A stretch of 64,000 nucleotides of DNA, from NCBI GenBank assembly GCA_050084985.1, contig JBITNC010000001.1, positions 143,592,001 through 143,656,000 of the forward strand, read 5' to 3'. Source of the DNA: Nageia nagi (lineage: Eukaryota; Plantae; Pinophyta). Positions 1 through 12,396 of this stretch are shown piece after piece. Within the stretch, counting starts at the first letter, position 1, and each line of letters begins with the position of its first letter. The position numbers and the translations under genes were made by a program. The notes below the pieces were generated by a model, which saw only the letters and a list, made by a program, of their open reading frames with translations, did not search any database and was not told the origin of the DNA.

Positions 1-3000
1 ATTAAATCACTTAAATAATCATATCCTTTCAAATACCTAAAAGGTGTATTTTAGTTAAATTATAATTCCTTTTAAGGTGTTAACAAATGCCTCACTTTGA
101 ATATGATTTGATACTTTCAGAATAAAAGGAAAACAAAGCATAATTCAAAGTATAAGAACATCAACTAAGAGAATACTCTCTTGAATTATGTCTTCATGAT
201 GATAACTTTGGATGCCCCTATTTTCAACCATATTTTTTCCCCTCTTTGGATCAGTTGCATAATGATGAACCTCTCATCATAGAAGAAAACAAAGATAAAG
301 ATAATGGAACCTACAATCAACTTAAAACAAAAAATATTTTCCACACATATATCTCATATAAGACTTGTTAGCTCTCAAAAGATCTTGGCATATCTCAACA
401 AAGATATCCTAAAACATAATATTTTATGACTATCATCAGATTTTGAAATATATTGGCATACTTTTATATTCTAAAATATAATATTTCAATAATTTCATTG
501 GATTTTGAAAGATTTTATCATACCTTTATTAACAAAGATATCTTAAAATATAACATTTCGTATATATGTAGAATAAGAAATCAAATTTTTCCTTTGTGGC
601 TTACCCATCAAGAGTTTGTCAGGAGATTACCTAACCATAAGGGATGAGGAATTTGTACCTCATCATAAGGGATTAAGGTTTTCCATTTAGCATTTCAAGT
701 AATATCGATGGATTTCTTAAATATAGATCATCAACAAAGCAAGACTTGAAGGGTGATGGACATCTTATCACTACTCTCACTAAGCCATAACATTGTGTAT
801 GAATCTATAAAATTAAATTGAACTTGGTGTACACCACCTAATTGCTTCTATTAACTAAGAATAATTCAATATCTCATAAAAGTTGAACTTGATGTACATT
901 TCCCAATTACATGCATTGATTAAGAATAACTTGTGAATATCATCATCTCAAAAAAAATCTAACATTATCATACATAACCCATTTGCATGCATTAGTTAAG
1001 ATCAATATAATATCTCATAAAAGATGAACTTGATGTACACTAACCAATTGCATGCATTGATCAAGAATAACTTTTGAATATCATCTCAAAAAGCCCCTAA
1101 CCTTTGCATACACCATCCAACTACATGCATTGACCAAAATCAACTTCCAAATATCAATCATATCATAAAGAAATATGGTAATATCATCTCAAAGAAATAT
1201 CAAATATCTCATATATGAAGACAATCATAATATCTCAATGCATAAGATAATATCAACATATCAAACATGGTCACCCAATTACCTCAAAGAAATATCAATA
1301 TTAATATCAAACATGTTGCTCTAGTTAAGAGGACTTACTCTTAACACATCATTACTTAAAGCATAACATCATTTCACTATCAAATATCAGAGCATTCAAG
1401 AGTCATCCAAAATATCATTAAGGCTAGAGCATCATTAAACATCATGAAAATCAAAAGATATATATTTAAGCATTTTTTGATTTGAATTTTTTTGAGTCCT
1501 TAAGAACAAAGGACTATCAAAGCAACTAAACTAAATTTATTGAACTATGCAAAAAAAATCTAAAAATAAATTTCATGCTGTGTCGAGGGGCATCACTTGA
1601 TAATCTAAATAAATTTACCAAAAGCTAAAAATTTTACCTTTTCAAGATAAATAATCTAAAATATGTACTAACCATTTGAAATATCTATCCAACTATGAGT
1701 GTCAATGCTTGGCATTTTTCATAGAATTTTCTAAAAAACTTGCCCCTTACCTTGCGCAAATTGTTATATACTAAACTTTTATTGCAAATTGAAATTAATA
1801 AAACTAAATTCACATAATTTCATTCTAAAACATATGATATTTAATCTAACTAGCTCAAATTAAAGCTCAACATGTCCCTAATCCCAATTCAAAACTACAA
1901 AATTTGACCATCTAACTACCCCTAGCTTACTTATGAAGGAAACATGCAAATATCTCATATTCACCATTTTAAAAAGTGATAAAACTCATGGAAAAATAAA
2001 ATAATCATATTATTAAAATCATAATATCCTCAAATTCATCAAACTTATTGCATATTAAAACTCATGGCATGGCTCACGTAATATTAGTTACAAATTGATA
2101 ATTTTCTTCATTGATAAAATACTTGCAATTTTTCCTATTTCTATGATTTCTTCAAAAATATATTAAATTATCTTAAAAAATGAGATATAAAGTGCTGAAA
2201 AATTCATTCATACTTTATTCTCAAGTTACTTGAAGGTTTAAATGCAATATCTTAACCTTTTGTATCTTTTTCAACTTCTCACCAATTTTTGACAATTTTT
2301 CGATAACTTTTGCTCAACCTGAAAATAACTCCAAATTCATTGAAATCATAAAATATAATCATTTAAATATATTAAAATACTTTAATCATTATTTCTCTCA
2401 ATGTTTCATCCTTTGATTCTCATTTTACACATTTTGAGCCTCTTGGTTCATGATTAAGCAATCCTTGTCAAATTGAAATTATAAAAAACCTACCAACTTC
2501 CAACAAGCATAAATTTTATTTCACGTATCCAATTAAGATCATTCTTTTTGAATTATAAATTTGGAATCATATATTTCAATAAAAACCATTTAACCTAATC
2601 AAGTTATTAGCAAAAAAATTGATTTAGGAGCTAAAATAGACTTCATTTACACTTGCCATACTTGAAACTTAAAACATCCATATCTTTTGATCTGGGAAGA
2701 ATTTTTAGGTGATTGATTTTTTAAATTTAAATATTTTTTTGAGATATATCAATTTTAGTTCTCATGTTTTTGATATGTTTCACTCCATATGTATTAACAG
2801 TGCTCCACACCCTACTCTTTGGAGCGACAATATTTCCCAGGAAAGTTTTTACTTCATCTTTCTGTAAATAAATATAGCATTTCTAATAACAACATATCTA
2901 TATATAGTTTCATACTTTTTTTTATTTTTGACAAAACTCTAAAATAAATTTTTACATTTTATTCAAAATACGCACTTCACAATAACTCACAAAAATGCAT

Positions 3001-5440
3001 GAGGTAACTTCAAACATTGACTATATAACATCCACAAAAAGGTAAACTATTTGTCTTGACTTCTTTAGAGTGCCTAAGAATAAAGGACTTTTTATGATAT
3101 TGGTTACTTTAGAGTCCCCAAGATGAAATTAATATCACAAAATATAACAATACATGACATCATAAAATGCAATTAATACAACTAGCATGACTATGCACCT
3201 AACAACGTAACTTAAATGCCAAAATGCAATCCTATCATACATGATATGTAAAGAGTGAACATGATAAACTATGTGTCAATTCAACCATCCCCATCAACCT
3301 AAATAACTCTATTATTACATTGATATTTCTTTGTTAGAATTTATTTCTTAGTAACATTTATCTTCTTTTCATTGATCTTGATATATCTTATCATGTCTCA
3401 TTCTAATATGTTTTCTTCTTGGTCAATATCTTCTTTTAAGCATTCAAATTATCCTAATTTATCTTTCCTAAGTTTTTCATTACTTGTTAAAAATGATCAA
3501 TGAATTTATTTTATTATTTCTTATTCATCTTACTAAATAATGCTTCACTGTTATACTTTTGCCATAGTTCTATTCTAACATAATACTCTTCATCAAACTA
3601 ATCTTTTTGATCAAAAACTCTTGTTAAAGGTATATCTAGCTTGTCGTCTATTCTTTCTATATTTTCTAGATAAATTGCACTTGATTTTTCTTATCTACAT
3701 TTGCTAATAAACTTATCATACTGAATAAGAATATGATACCTTTTAGTTTCTAATATTTCCTTAAACTTTTCATTATAAAGTGTAGACTTATTAAATATTA
3801 TTATTGTAATTACTCATTCAAACTTTGATAATTTATTTGGGTTTGGTAACTCATGATATATATGTCTACAATTAGTTATGTTTTAATTAGTTTTCTCAAT
3901 ATCAACTAGATCCATGTCATTATAATCATCAAAATTACTATAAACCTCTTCATCTACTTCAAATTTCTTATTTACATCTTTATAATTGAACAAAACTTGG
4001 GAATAATCATTTACCTAGACTATTGAGAACTAAAACTATGGTATAGGGATAAAATGCTCTTCCTTGTTATCATTTCCCTTTGAATCTAGAGCATCACCAC
4101 TCTACAAAGAATTGTCACTCAAAATATTATGAAACTTGAGGGGGTTATGACTCTTAATTGTACTATCTTGTGTATCCCTTGATAAAATGTCTTCAACCTC
4201 TTCCTGCACTTAGGTTAGGTCTTTATCTTTGTATATATTATTATCATCATTATTACTAGTAGTATATTGGATATTATTATTTATGGAAATATCAAAAAAA
4301 TTAACTTTAGCACTTATATTGTCTAAGCAAGAATTTTTTAAACCAATTTCATCATGAGATATCTCTATATTTTCATGTTTATTATCTACCTTTGAAGTTT
4401 TATCATTAATTTATGGTCTAAATGCATCTAATAGTATATTACATCAATCCTTAAGTAATTCAAGAACTAGTACACTAGGAATTCACATACAAGCCATTAT
4501 AAATAAAAAAAGTTGTCTACTATGATGACCTATGGTTTGGGCAAATTTTTATCATGAATTTCAAGTCACCAACTAATTGTAAAATATTTTAAAAATTTAG
4601 GACCTTTAAATATGACATTATTTCTACAAAAAATTTTCAATATTGATCAATATATGCATTTCTAGGACTTGATAAATCACAAAAAATATTAATTATATTT
4701 ATTTATGGTTTGGATAAAATTTTGTCATGGGAGATCTTACCAAATTGATCAAAATGAGATTCAAAATATAGAATTTTCTTAAAAATAAAATTCATAAAAA
4801 ATAAATCTTTCTCAAATCCAATCATTTTCAAGTAACAAAAACTTATAATTCTATAAAAATTTATCATAACCAAAAAATAAACAAAACTAGGGTGATCAAT
4901 GAAAGAATCCATATAAAATGCAATTCCCTAAAATAAAAATTCTAGGGTTTGTAAGATATATATGGGTTCATCATTTGTTAACACTAAAAATAATATTAAT
5001 TATTTTAATATTACTATTAATTAAAATCAAATTACAATGAATTGTAGTAGAATTCAGAGATCACAATCCTATTATTGACAAAAGCAATTCAATATGAAGG
5101 TTCATAATGATTAAAAATATTCAATTAAACTTAACCTATCAAACCTTGATTCAAAATGGACTTACAAAGCTATTACTTTACCTATCGTGGAGATCATAGC
5201 TTACAACCAACTCAAAGAGGTCAACCATAGCCATGAACAGGACTACCAAGTCTATCCTCATTGAAGCACACCTTCTCATGGTAGAACATCATTGCTAGAT
5301 GTTCTCCATAATATTAGTAAGAACCTTTGGTCATCATTGAGGATCCATCTTCCAAGGTAATTTTCTTATGTATGATGAATTGAAAGATTACAAGAATGTA
5401 GTATTTAGAGTATAACAAAATCTAGTAATGTAGTATTTAG
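1..5440 (-). mobile_element. Internally deleted (non-autonomous) Tat/Ogre-type Ty3/gypsy LTR retrotransposon, extending beyond the left edge of the window
   Basis: 1-85 ends in AATTCCTTTTAAGGTGTTAACA, matching the LTR end at 45223-45244, and is followed by a minus-strand PPT (rc TCAAAGTGAGGCATT). A PBS-like GGGTTCATCA at ~4964-4973 precedes an LTR starting TGTTAACAC at 4976. 4520-4920 aligns with the 5' leader of the Tat element at 44150-44550. No recognisable RT or INT lies between the LTRs. Confidence 0.65.
820..1140. repeat. Degenerate tandem array of alternating ~65-75 bp units (~140 bp period) in the 3' non-coding part of the LTR element
   Basis: About five recurring units built on AACTTGATGTACA-CCAATTRCATGCATTGA-AAGAATAAC. 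Confidence 0.7.
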
Positions 5441-5519
5441 AGTTTAACTCTTCATCATAAACCTCCATATCATTCAACACAAGTAAATAACTCCAATAAT
5501 TAAATCAAAAAAGAATTTT

Positions 5520-8330
5520 TTTAGTTAGACATAAAAAACAAATTCTAATTCAACTGAAAAAATTGGTATTCTTATCCATGTACTATGCAAACTCTTCATC
5601 AGTATATAAACAAAGTACTACACATAATTTGTGATGGGATAGGTGATTAATTATCTTATTAAATAATTTTTTCCTAAATTACATCAACAACTCGAACATA
5701 ATTACCAACATTTTGCTATGCTAACATAGAAGCAATTCTTTATCATCAGCTTCCACATATTACAAAATAGGTATTGTATTTGGAATACACCTCATTTCCT
5801 TCATATTAGTTGATAATTTCCTCAATTTTCTATATATGTCTTATCCTTTTATGTGTGATTTTTCTCCTACAAGAAAAGTATGTATGATTGTATCAACTTC
5901 AATCCAACTACATTCAAGTGTCTTCTTGATTCTTTTATCTTTCATGAATGTCATCACTCTTTAAACATCATCCTAATTCCCTAATTTAACATAAATATTT
6001 GAAAAAAGAATATAAGATGAAACATTTTTAAGCTTCAGTAAAAAAAAGGATTTTTTCCACAAATTCTCTTATTCCTACATTCTTATATGATCAAATATTA
6101 TTTATAGCCCTCATCCACTAGATGTGCATGGATGCATGCAAGTAGAACACATACAAATATTATGCTATCAGGGGTGGTTCCCAAATATCTCATCATATCA
6201 AAGAGTTTGAGCCTATCCTTACTTTAGTCATGAATTATATATATGTCAATCATTGGATCTTCCATAGTGGCATATTTTAGGATTATGTTGGAAATGGTTC
6301 AAGAGTCTAGATTCACTCATGGTAATTGCATTTTCTTAAAAGCCTCTAGAGCCTTCTCAGAAAACCCATGCATATCATGAAATCATTGTAGTTTATGAGA
6401 TTGAATCTTAATGAGGTATTTTTTCAAATAATTCATGGAACCTTTCAATGGATCTATTTTATGTATATCATACAATAATTTCATTCCATAAGATTGCATC
6501 TCGATGAGGCATTTTATATAAGAATTCATACATATCCTATTATTATTGCATCTTGATGAGGTATTTTATATGTATCCCATGATTACCGCAGTCCATGAAA
6601 TTTTATCTTCATTATGCATCTTGTCAAATAATTCACCTAGCTTATCCATACCTCCATATTTTACATACATATCTAATAGCACACTCAAAATTATAACATC
6701 TAGAAAAAAATAACTTTTAAAGAGTCTTTATTACATTATTGCCAATTGGTGATGCAAGAATGCAAGAGTTCAAGATATGTAGAAGAGTGTAGATAGTAGT
6801 GAGTATGTAGTAAGAAAAATGTGCAATGCATGGTTCAACTATCCATATCTATAGAGTTGGATGAAATTGATATTCATATCATTTTATTGGGTAAGTGATG
6901 AGATTTTATGATTGCAAAAATGTGAGCGATAAAATACCATGGCCTTGAAAAGTGCAGGAAGGTAAGGATGGATCTTATGGCCATATTTTTCTACCTTTAT
7001 TAACATATGATTTCGATTGCAAAGAGTGGAAAAAATATGAAGATTATTTTTGAAAAAATTAAGTGAGGATTCAAGGATGAGGTTTAATGAGCATCATGAC
7101 AACTTGATGGATTCTACTTATGTTAATATATGATTTTGATTATAGAGAGTGAACAAAATGTGAGGAGGATTTATTTGATGAAATGAAGTTGGGATTCAAG
7201 GGTAAGGTATAATGAGAATTGTGATAGTGGTGGATTTTGGTGGATTCATGTATAATAATTCATCTTAGATATAATGTAATAAGAATCACTCATTCTATTA
7301 AAGTATTTATAGTCCTAATCCATTTGGCATGGTTGAATGTAAGGAGAACACATACAAATATTATTTTTTTAGGGTTGGTTCTAAGTGCTTCATCAAATCA
7401 AAGAGTTTAAGGGCATCCTTTCCATATCCATGATTTGTATATCCTTTAATAATTACATTCCATGAAATATGTTTGCATCATGCATGTTGTCAAATAATTC
7501 TTGACCTTATGTATTCTTCCATATTTTGTAGATATGGCTACTAGAGCACTAATAACCATAATATTTGAGAATAAAACTATTTTAAACTACTCTTTAATGG
7601 CTATCCATACCTTCTTGTAGAGCTCCCATGGTAGTACATATTCAAATAATGTTGGCAAAAATTATAGATTTTAGCTTTACCCCTAAGGATTGGATAAAAG
7701 TGTCTAAATCCTTCAAAAAACAATTTTTGTGGATACCCTATGGTCATTAAAATCCATGAAACTAATTTTGCATCATTGAAAAATGATACCTACATCTACA
7801 ATCATGGCTATTAGAGCATTCACAACCATAAGATTTGATGAAAAACTATTTTCAACTACTCTTTAAAGGATGTTCATACTTGCTTCTAAGGATCCCATAG
7901 TAGCATATGTTAGAAGAATGTCAACAAAGGCTTCATAGCTTAGCTTTACATTTGAGTCTTACATCTACTTAAAATTCTATAAAGCATACAAAAAAAAAAA
8001 ATTGTATATATCATAGTATCATTACAATCCATGAAATTAGATATGCATCAATGAAATTGAGAGTTGCATCTATAAATATGACTATTAGAGAACTCACAAC
8101 CATAAGATTTGATGAAAAATCATTTTCAAATACTCTTTAATGAAGGTTCATACCTTCTTCTAGGGCTTTCATGGTGGCATATAGAATATTGACAAAGGTT
8201 GTAGAGCTTGGATTTACATGTGAGACTTGACTCTAGATCCTTCAAAAAACCTAATTTATGTATTTTTGTGATCACTACAATCCAAAATGCCATATTTTCT
8301 TTGTTGAATGTTGCTAAAATCTCTCTTGCC
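5520..8330 (-). pseudogene. Decayed, internally rearranged PLS-class PPR gene with E/E+/DYW tail
   Basis: Minus-strand translation gives SSYILFSNIYVKLGN*DDV*RVMTFMKDKRIKKTLECSWIEVDTIIHTFLVGEKSH (E2/E+ PG-box region), then KELLLC*HSKMLVIMF (DYW HSEKLA-like motif). Upstream P2/L2 remnants read LKLFDMMRYLGTTPDSIIFVCVLLACIHA..VDEGY and ISWNVIIKGYTNHGYGKDALKLFDLMKH. Many stops and frameshifts. Confidence 0.85.
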
Positions 8331-8599
8331 CATGTATTTCTTTTCCTGCTCATGTTTTTCTTCTTCTTTCTTAAGTTTTTAGGGATAAGTTTTTGTAAGA
8401 AATTTTTAAACCACCTTTTTAGGGATTTAAAAGGGTAGTTTTTTATGGCAATTTTAAGCTACCTTATTAAGGATTTAAAAGGGAGGTTTTAAATCATAGC
8501 ATAAAACCATCTCATTAATGGATTTTTTAAGGCATATTTCAACTACCCTAATAAACCCATCATAAATTTGTGGTTGTCTAAGCCTAATTTTTGTGTAAT

Positions 8600-10850
8600 G
8601 GGAGAAGGGAAATATATGCCCTTTTAGGATTTTTTATTTTTAGAGGGAAACCAATTGAAATAAAGTGTCTAATCATAATTTTATATGCTTCTAAGCCTTT
8701 TATAGTTCCAATGATCCATTTGGCACAAAGAGACTTACCCTTTTATTTGCAGTTTAGCAATCCCATACCACTCAACTTCTTGGGGAGGTAGTAGGTATGC
8801 TAAGCAACTCTATGAAATCCTTTTTTTTATTGCTATTAATCCATAGGAAGTCTCATAGGAGATTTTTAAGCCTATTATAACATGCTTGTAAATGAACCCA
8901 ATAAGAAGAATAGTATACATGATAGGAAGCTAGAACTTTCAATCATATTTAGAATTTTCCTACCAAGGAAAGATTCTTTTAGTTCTAGAAGTCTAACTTT
9001 TTTTCATCTTGTTGCTCACATAACTCCATAATTGGGAAGGAGATCGATAAAAAAGAATCCCTAAGAAATTTGAAAACTTCACCATTAGAATCCAATTCTA
9101 TTAGAATTGAGTAAGATAGATGGGCTCAGAAAAAGGAAAGTATCTATAGCAAAAGATCTTCTTCCATTGAATACTAGAATCGAAGGTCATGCAAAAGGTA
9201 TCCAAAGATTATATTACTTTTGAGGTAGATTGCTCATCTTCCTAGATGGTAAGGAAGGATTACTCTATAAAATTACCATTGATGAGTTGATCTTGGTTGT
9301 CAAGCAGGGAAATCCCTAGAAATTTTTCCTTTATTATAATGTTGGGTAAGGAGTTAATCAAAATCTTATATTGGTGGAATGTAGAGGGAGGATGCAAGAG
9401 GAAATCCTTGGATTATAGAACAATTAAGCATAATAGATTCTATTTGATAATTATTTAAAGAAAGGAATATTGACACATCATAAAATAACATCTGAACTAT
9501 GTTGATGAACTGAGGTCCATAACCTAAAGCCTCCAAAATGGAAAGAATGAATACATGTTCAATCTAGTCATAAGCTTTCTCAAAATCAAGCTTAATAAAA
9601 AGGTCATGTTGGTAAGAAATGTGAGCCTATTCCATGCCTTCCCAAACTGTAATAACATAATCTAGGATGTATCTATTTTAAATAGAACTAGAAATAGAAA
9701 TAGAAATATATCTTAGTGAAGAAATTGGTTATCTTAGCCAAAGAGGTCAACCTTATACCATTTTAATAAATAGTTTTGAACTAGGTAGCTTTTCTTGAAG
9801 GTCTTAACCTCTAAAGGAATTATTTAGATACCTTATTCCCAATATTGATCCAATGCAAAGGGCCTTGGTTTGAGCTCTTTTGGCTTCATATAATTGCACT
9901 AACTTGAGCTCATATTTGATTTATACAATATGGGATTGCAAGTAAGAGATTAAATGAATCTAGTTTGGTCTGGGTGGACAATAATAGGAAGAAGATGTTG
10001 AAGTCATAAGGAAGGTGATTTAGCAATAATTTTATAGTTGACATTCAATAAAGTGATAGGTTGTAAATTTGTAATAAGCTCTAGGTCCCCTTGCATAGGG
10101 ATAAACTTGTTGTTACCCTTATCAATGAGGTTATTAAGAGAGCATGTGTGTAAGGCCTCTAGATAAACATAGTGTAAATCTAAGCCAAAAAAATCCAAAC
10201 AAGAAACATATAATTCATAAAGGAAACCATATAGACCAAGGGCCTTGTCATCTACCATTTGAGAAAGATCTTCCTTTAGCTCTTTAAGGGAAATGGGTTT
10301 GTCATACTCAAATTGAAGAAATAACGAGATGAGATGGTACCACATCTTTGTATTGTTGCAAAGCTTGAGATTTGTCTAAGGTATAAGGTTGAGCTTTAAA
10401 CACTTGTGAATAGTGTTGAATAAAGGGATTGGTTATCTCAACCAGAGAGATCAATCTGATACCATTTTAATAAATAGCTTTTAATTAGGTATCATGCCTT
10501 GAAGTTCTTAACATTTGAATTAGAATTATTTAGAGACCATATCCCCAATCTTGAGCCATTGCAAGCAATCCTTGATTTGAGCTCTATTGGCTTCATAGAA
10601 TTGCACTAACTTGAGCTCATGTTTTATTTTTGCAATATGGGACTGCATGTGAGAGCTTAAAGGATAGCGCTCTAGATTAATAGAAGCTTTTTATAAGCTC
10701 ATCTATCAGAGCTAAGATGGAATGATGATAGAATTGCAAGACTTTCTTACCAAGCCTGTGAAGAAGAGGAGATGCATGAAAAGTTACATCATTCCACCAT
10801 GCAATCCATTCCATCTCTCCTGAAGGTCTAGGGTCCAGATTCTACACACT
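8600..10850 (-). mobile_element. L1-type LINE ORF2 (reverse transcriptase) remnant, 5'-truncated
   Basis: ORF 10004-10345 has KALGLYGFLYELY and IPMQGDLELITNLQPITLLNVNYKIIAK (RT domains 0-2). LDFEKAYD-like sequence at ~9570-9595. No complete ORF. Confidence 0.85.
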
Positions 10851-11339
10851 TGTACAACTTATTATACATCCTAATAATATTATAATTTAATTTAAAATGA
10901 TAAAAAAAATTAAAAAAAAATTAATTCGATGAAATGACAACTTCATCTCTATAAAACCAAAGAAAAATGAAAATTCTCATAATTATACTCTAAACTATTT
11001 TCAACCATTTTTTAATAAATTCTTGAATATTATAATATATGAATTGATTTTTTATCAAATTTTTTAATTAAATATAAATTAATATCAAATAATTTAATTT
11101 AAAATATAAGATTTTCAATTTTTAAAATATGAGTACTTCATTTAAAAAATAAATAAATAATTCTTATATTTAATATAATATTTATTCTCTTAACTTATAA
11201 AATTGAATTTATTTTATTACGTCACTTATCGCCATTTTTATTTAGTATTTTTGTGAATAATGCTTATGATTATCTTGTTTGAAGTTTTTACTTAACCATT
11301 TTCTTATGGATAGTAAGAAGTATTTAAATTATGAAATCA

Positions 11340-11425
11340 TGTGAGGGTAGTTGGAGAGCAAGTGAATGCTAAACCTCTCAAATTGGAAAAAGGAGATCCC
11401 AGGTTCAAAGCTCTTCCCCTTCACA
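11340..11425 (+). other. Possible degenerate tRNA-derived SINE head
   Basis: B-box-like GGTTCAAAGC at ~11402, a weak A-box-like segment, and complementary ends TGTGAGGG...CCCTTCACA. No anticodon arm or CCA is recognisable. Confidence 0.25.
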
Positions 11426-12396
11426 ATCATTAACCGTTCTACTACCTTCCTTAAGATTTATTTTTAACTCATCACTTCTTAATTTCATCATTGATATTAA
11501 AATATAATAGTAAAACAGTTAGATTCTGAATGAATAATAATTAGGTTTCAAACCTCAACAATTTTTTATTTTATTTTTACACTCAAACATTTGTTTGTAT
11601 TTTCGCAGTGATCAGGTTTGTTATTGATGTAGCTCCTAAATTGACTGCTTACACGAACGTGATCTTTGGGTTTCTGTCTCTGAGTTAAGTAGCAAAGATG
11701 AGTGTATAGATCCCTTGAAAATCATTTCGACGAAATTACTGCCCTTATGTTTGTTAGGGATCACACAATTTTCATTGAACAACGAGATCTGATGAGGATG
11801 CATCCATGGTTTAAACCCAACCAAGGCCAGAAGAAGGGGTTCACCAGAGACCTAAAATTTTAAAGATTTTATTCAAATTACAATCTCACGTCTTGGAATA
11901 GCGCTGGAGCGGAGGTGCACCACTATGGGTGCCAAAGATACCAAGACAGACATCAGTTGTATTTGTTGCCAGTACAAAGTCATATTGGGGTGGAACAGAA
12001 CAATAATAGGTCAGCCTTAAAAATGAACACATTAAAGATACGTTGGATCAATCCAAGCGATACATGTGGCAGATGGTGTTTACATAGCTCCAAACTAAAT
12101 TTTAACTACTAGCTAGCTGACCTGTCGATGTTGTTTTAATATTTTTGAATCCATCTGGCACTCCAAGGGGAAGGTTCGAAGTTAGGGTGCACCACTATAC
12201 AACCCTCTAAATCAGTCACTTAATATACTATTGTCCACGGATTACGCCATTTAGTTTTGCCCGCCATTCAGTTTTATGGACCTCTAATTTTTTTCGAAGA
12301 ATATTAGTGGAGAATCGGGCTCCACAAACCCAACAAATTAGAGCCAGAATATTAAAGATTTCGAGCATTGGGTTTCATTTTGTTTTAAGAGAAATA

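Noticed and set aside
11340-11425. Functional tRNA gene
   Set aside because: No cloverleaf or anticodon arm; at most a SINE-like remnant.
12307-12396. 30-aa N-terminal extension of LecRK in the ORF track
   Set aside because: It starts at GTG; the first ATG (12397) directly yields a typical signal peptide.
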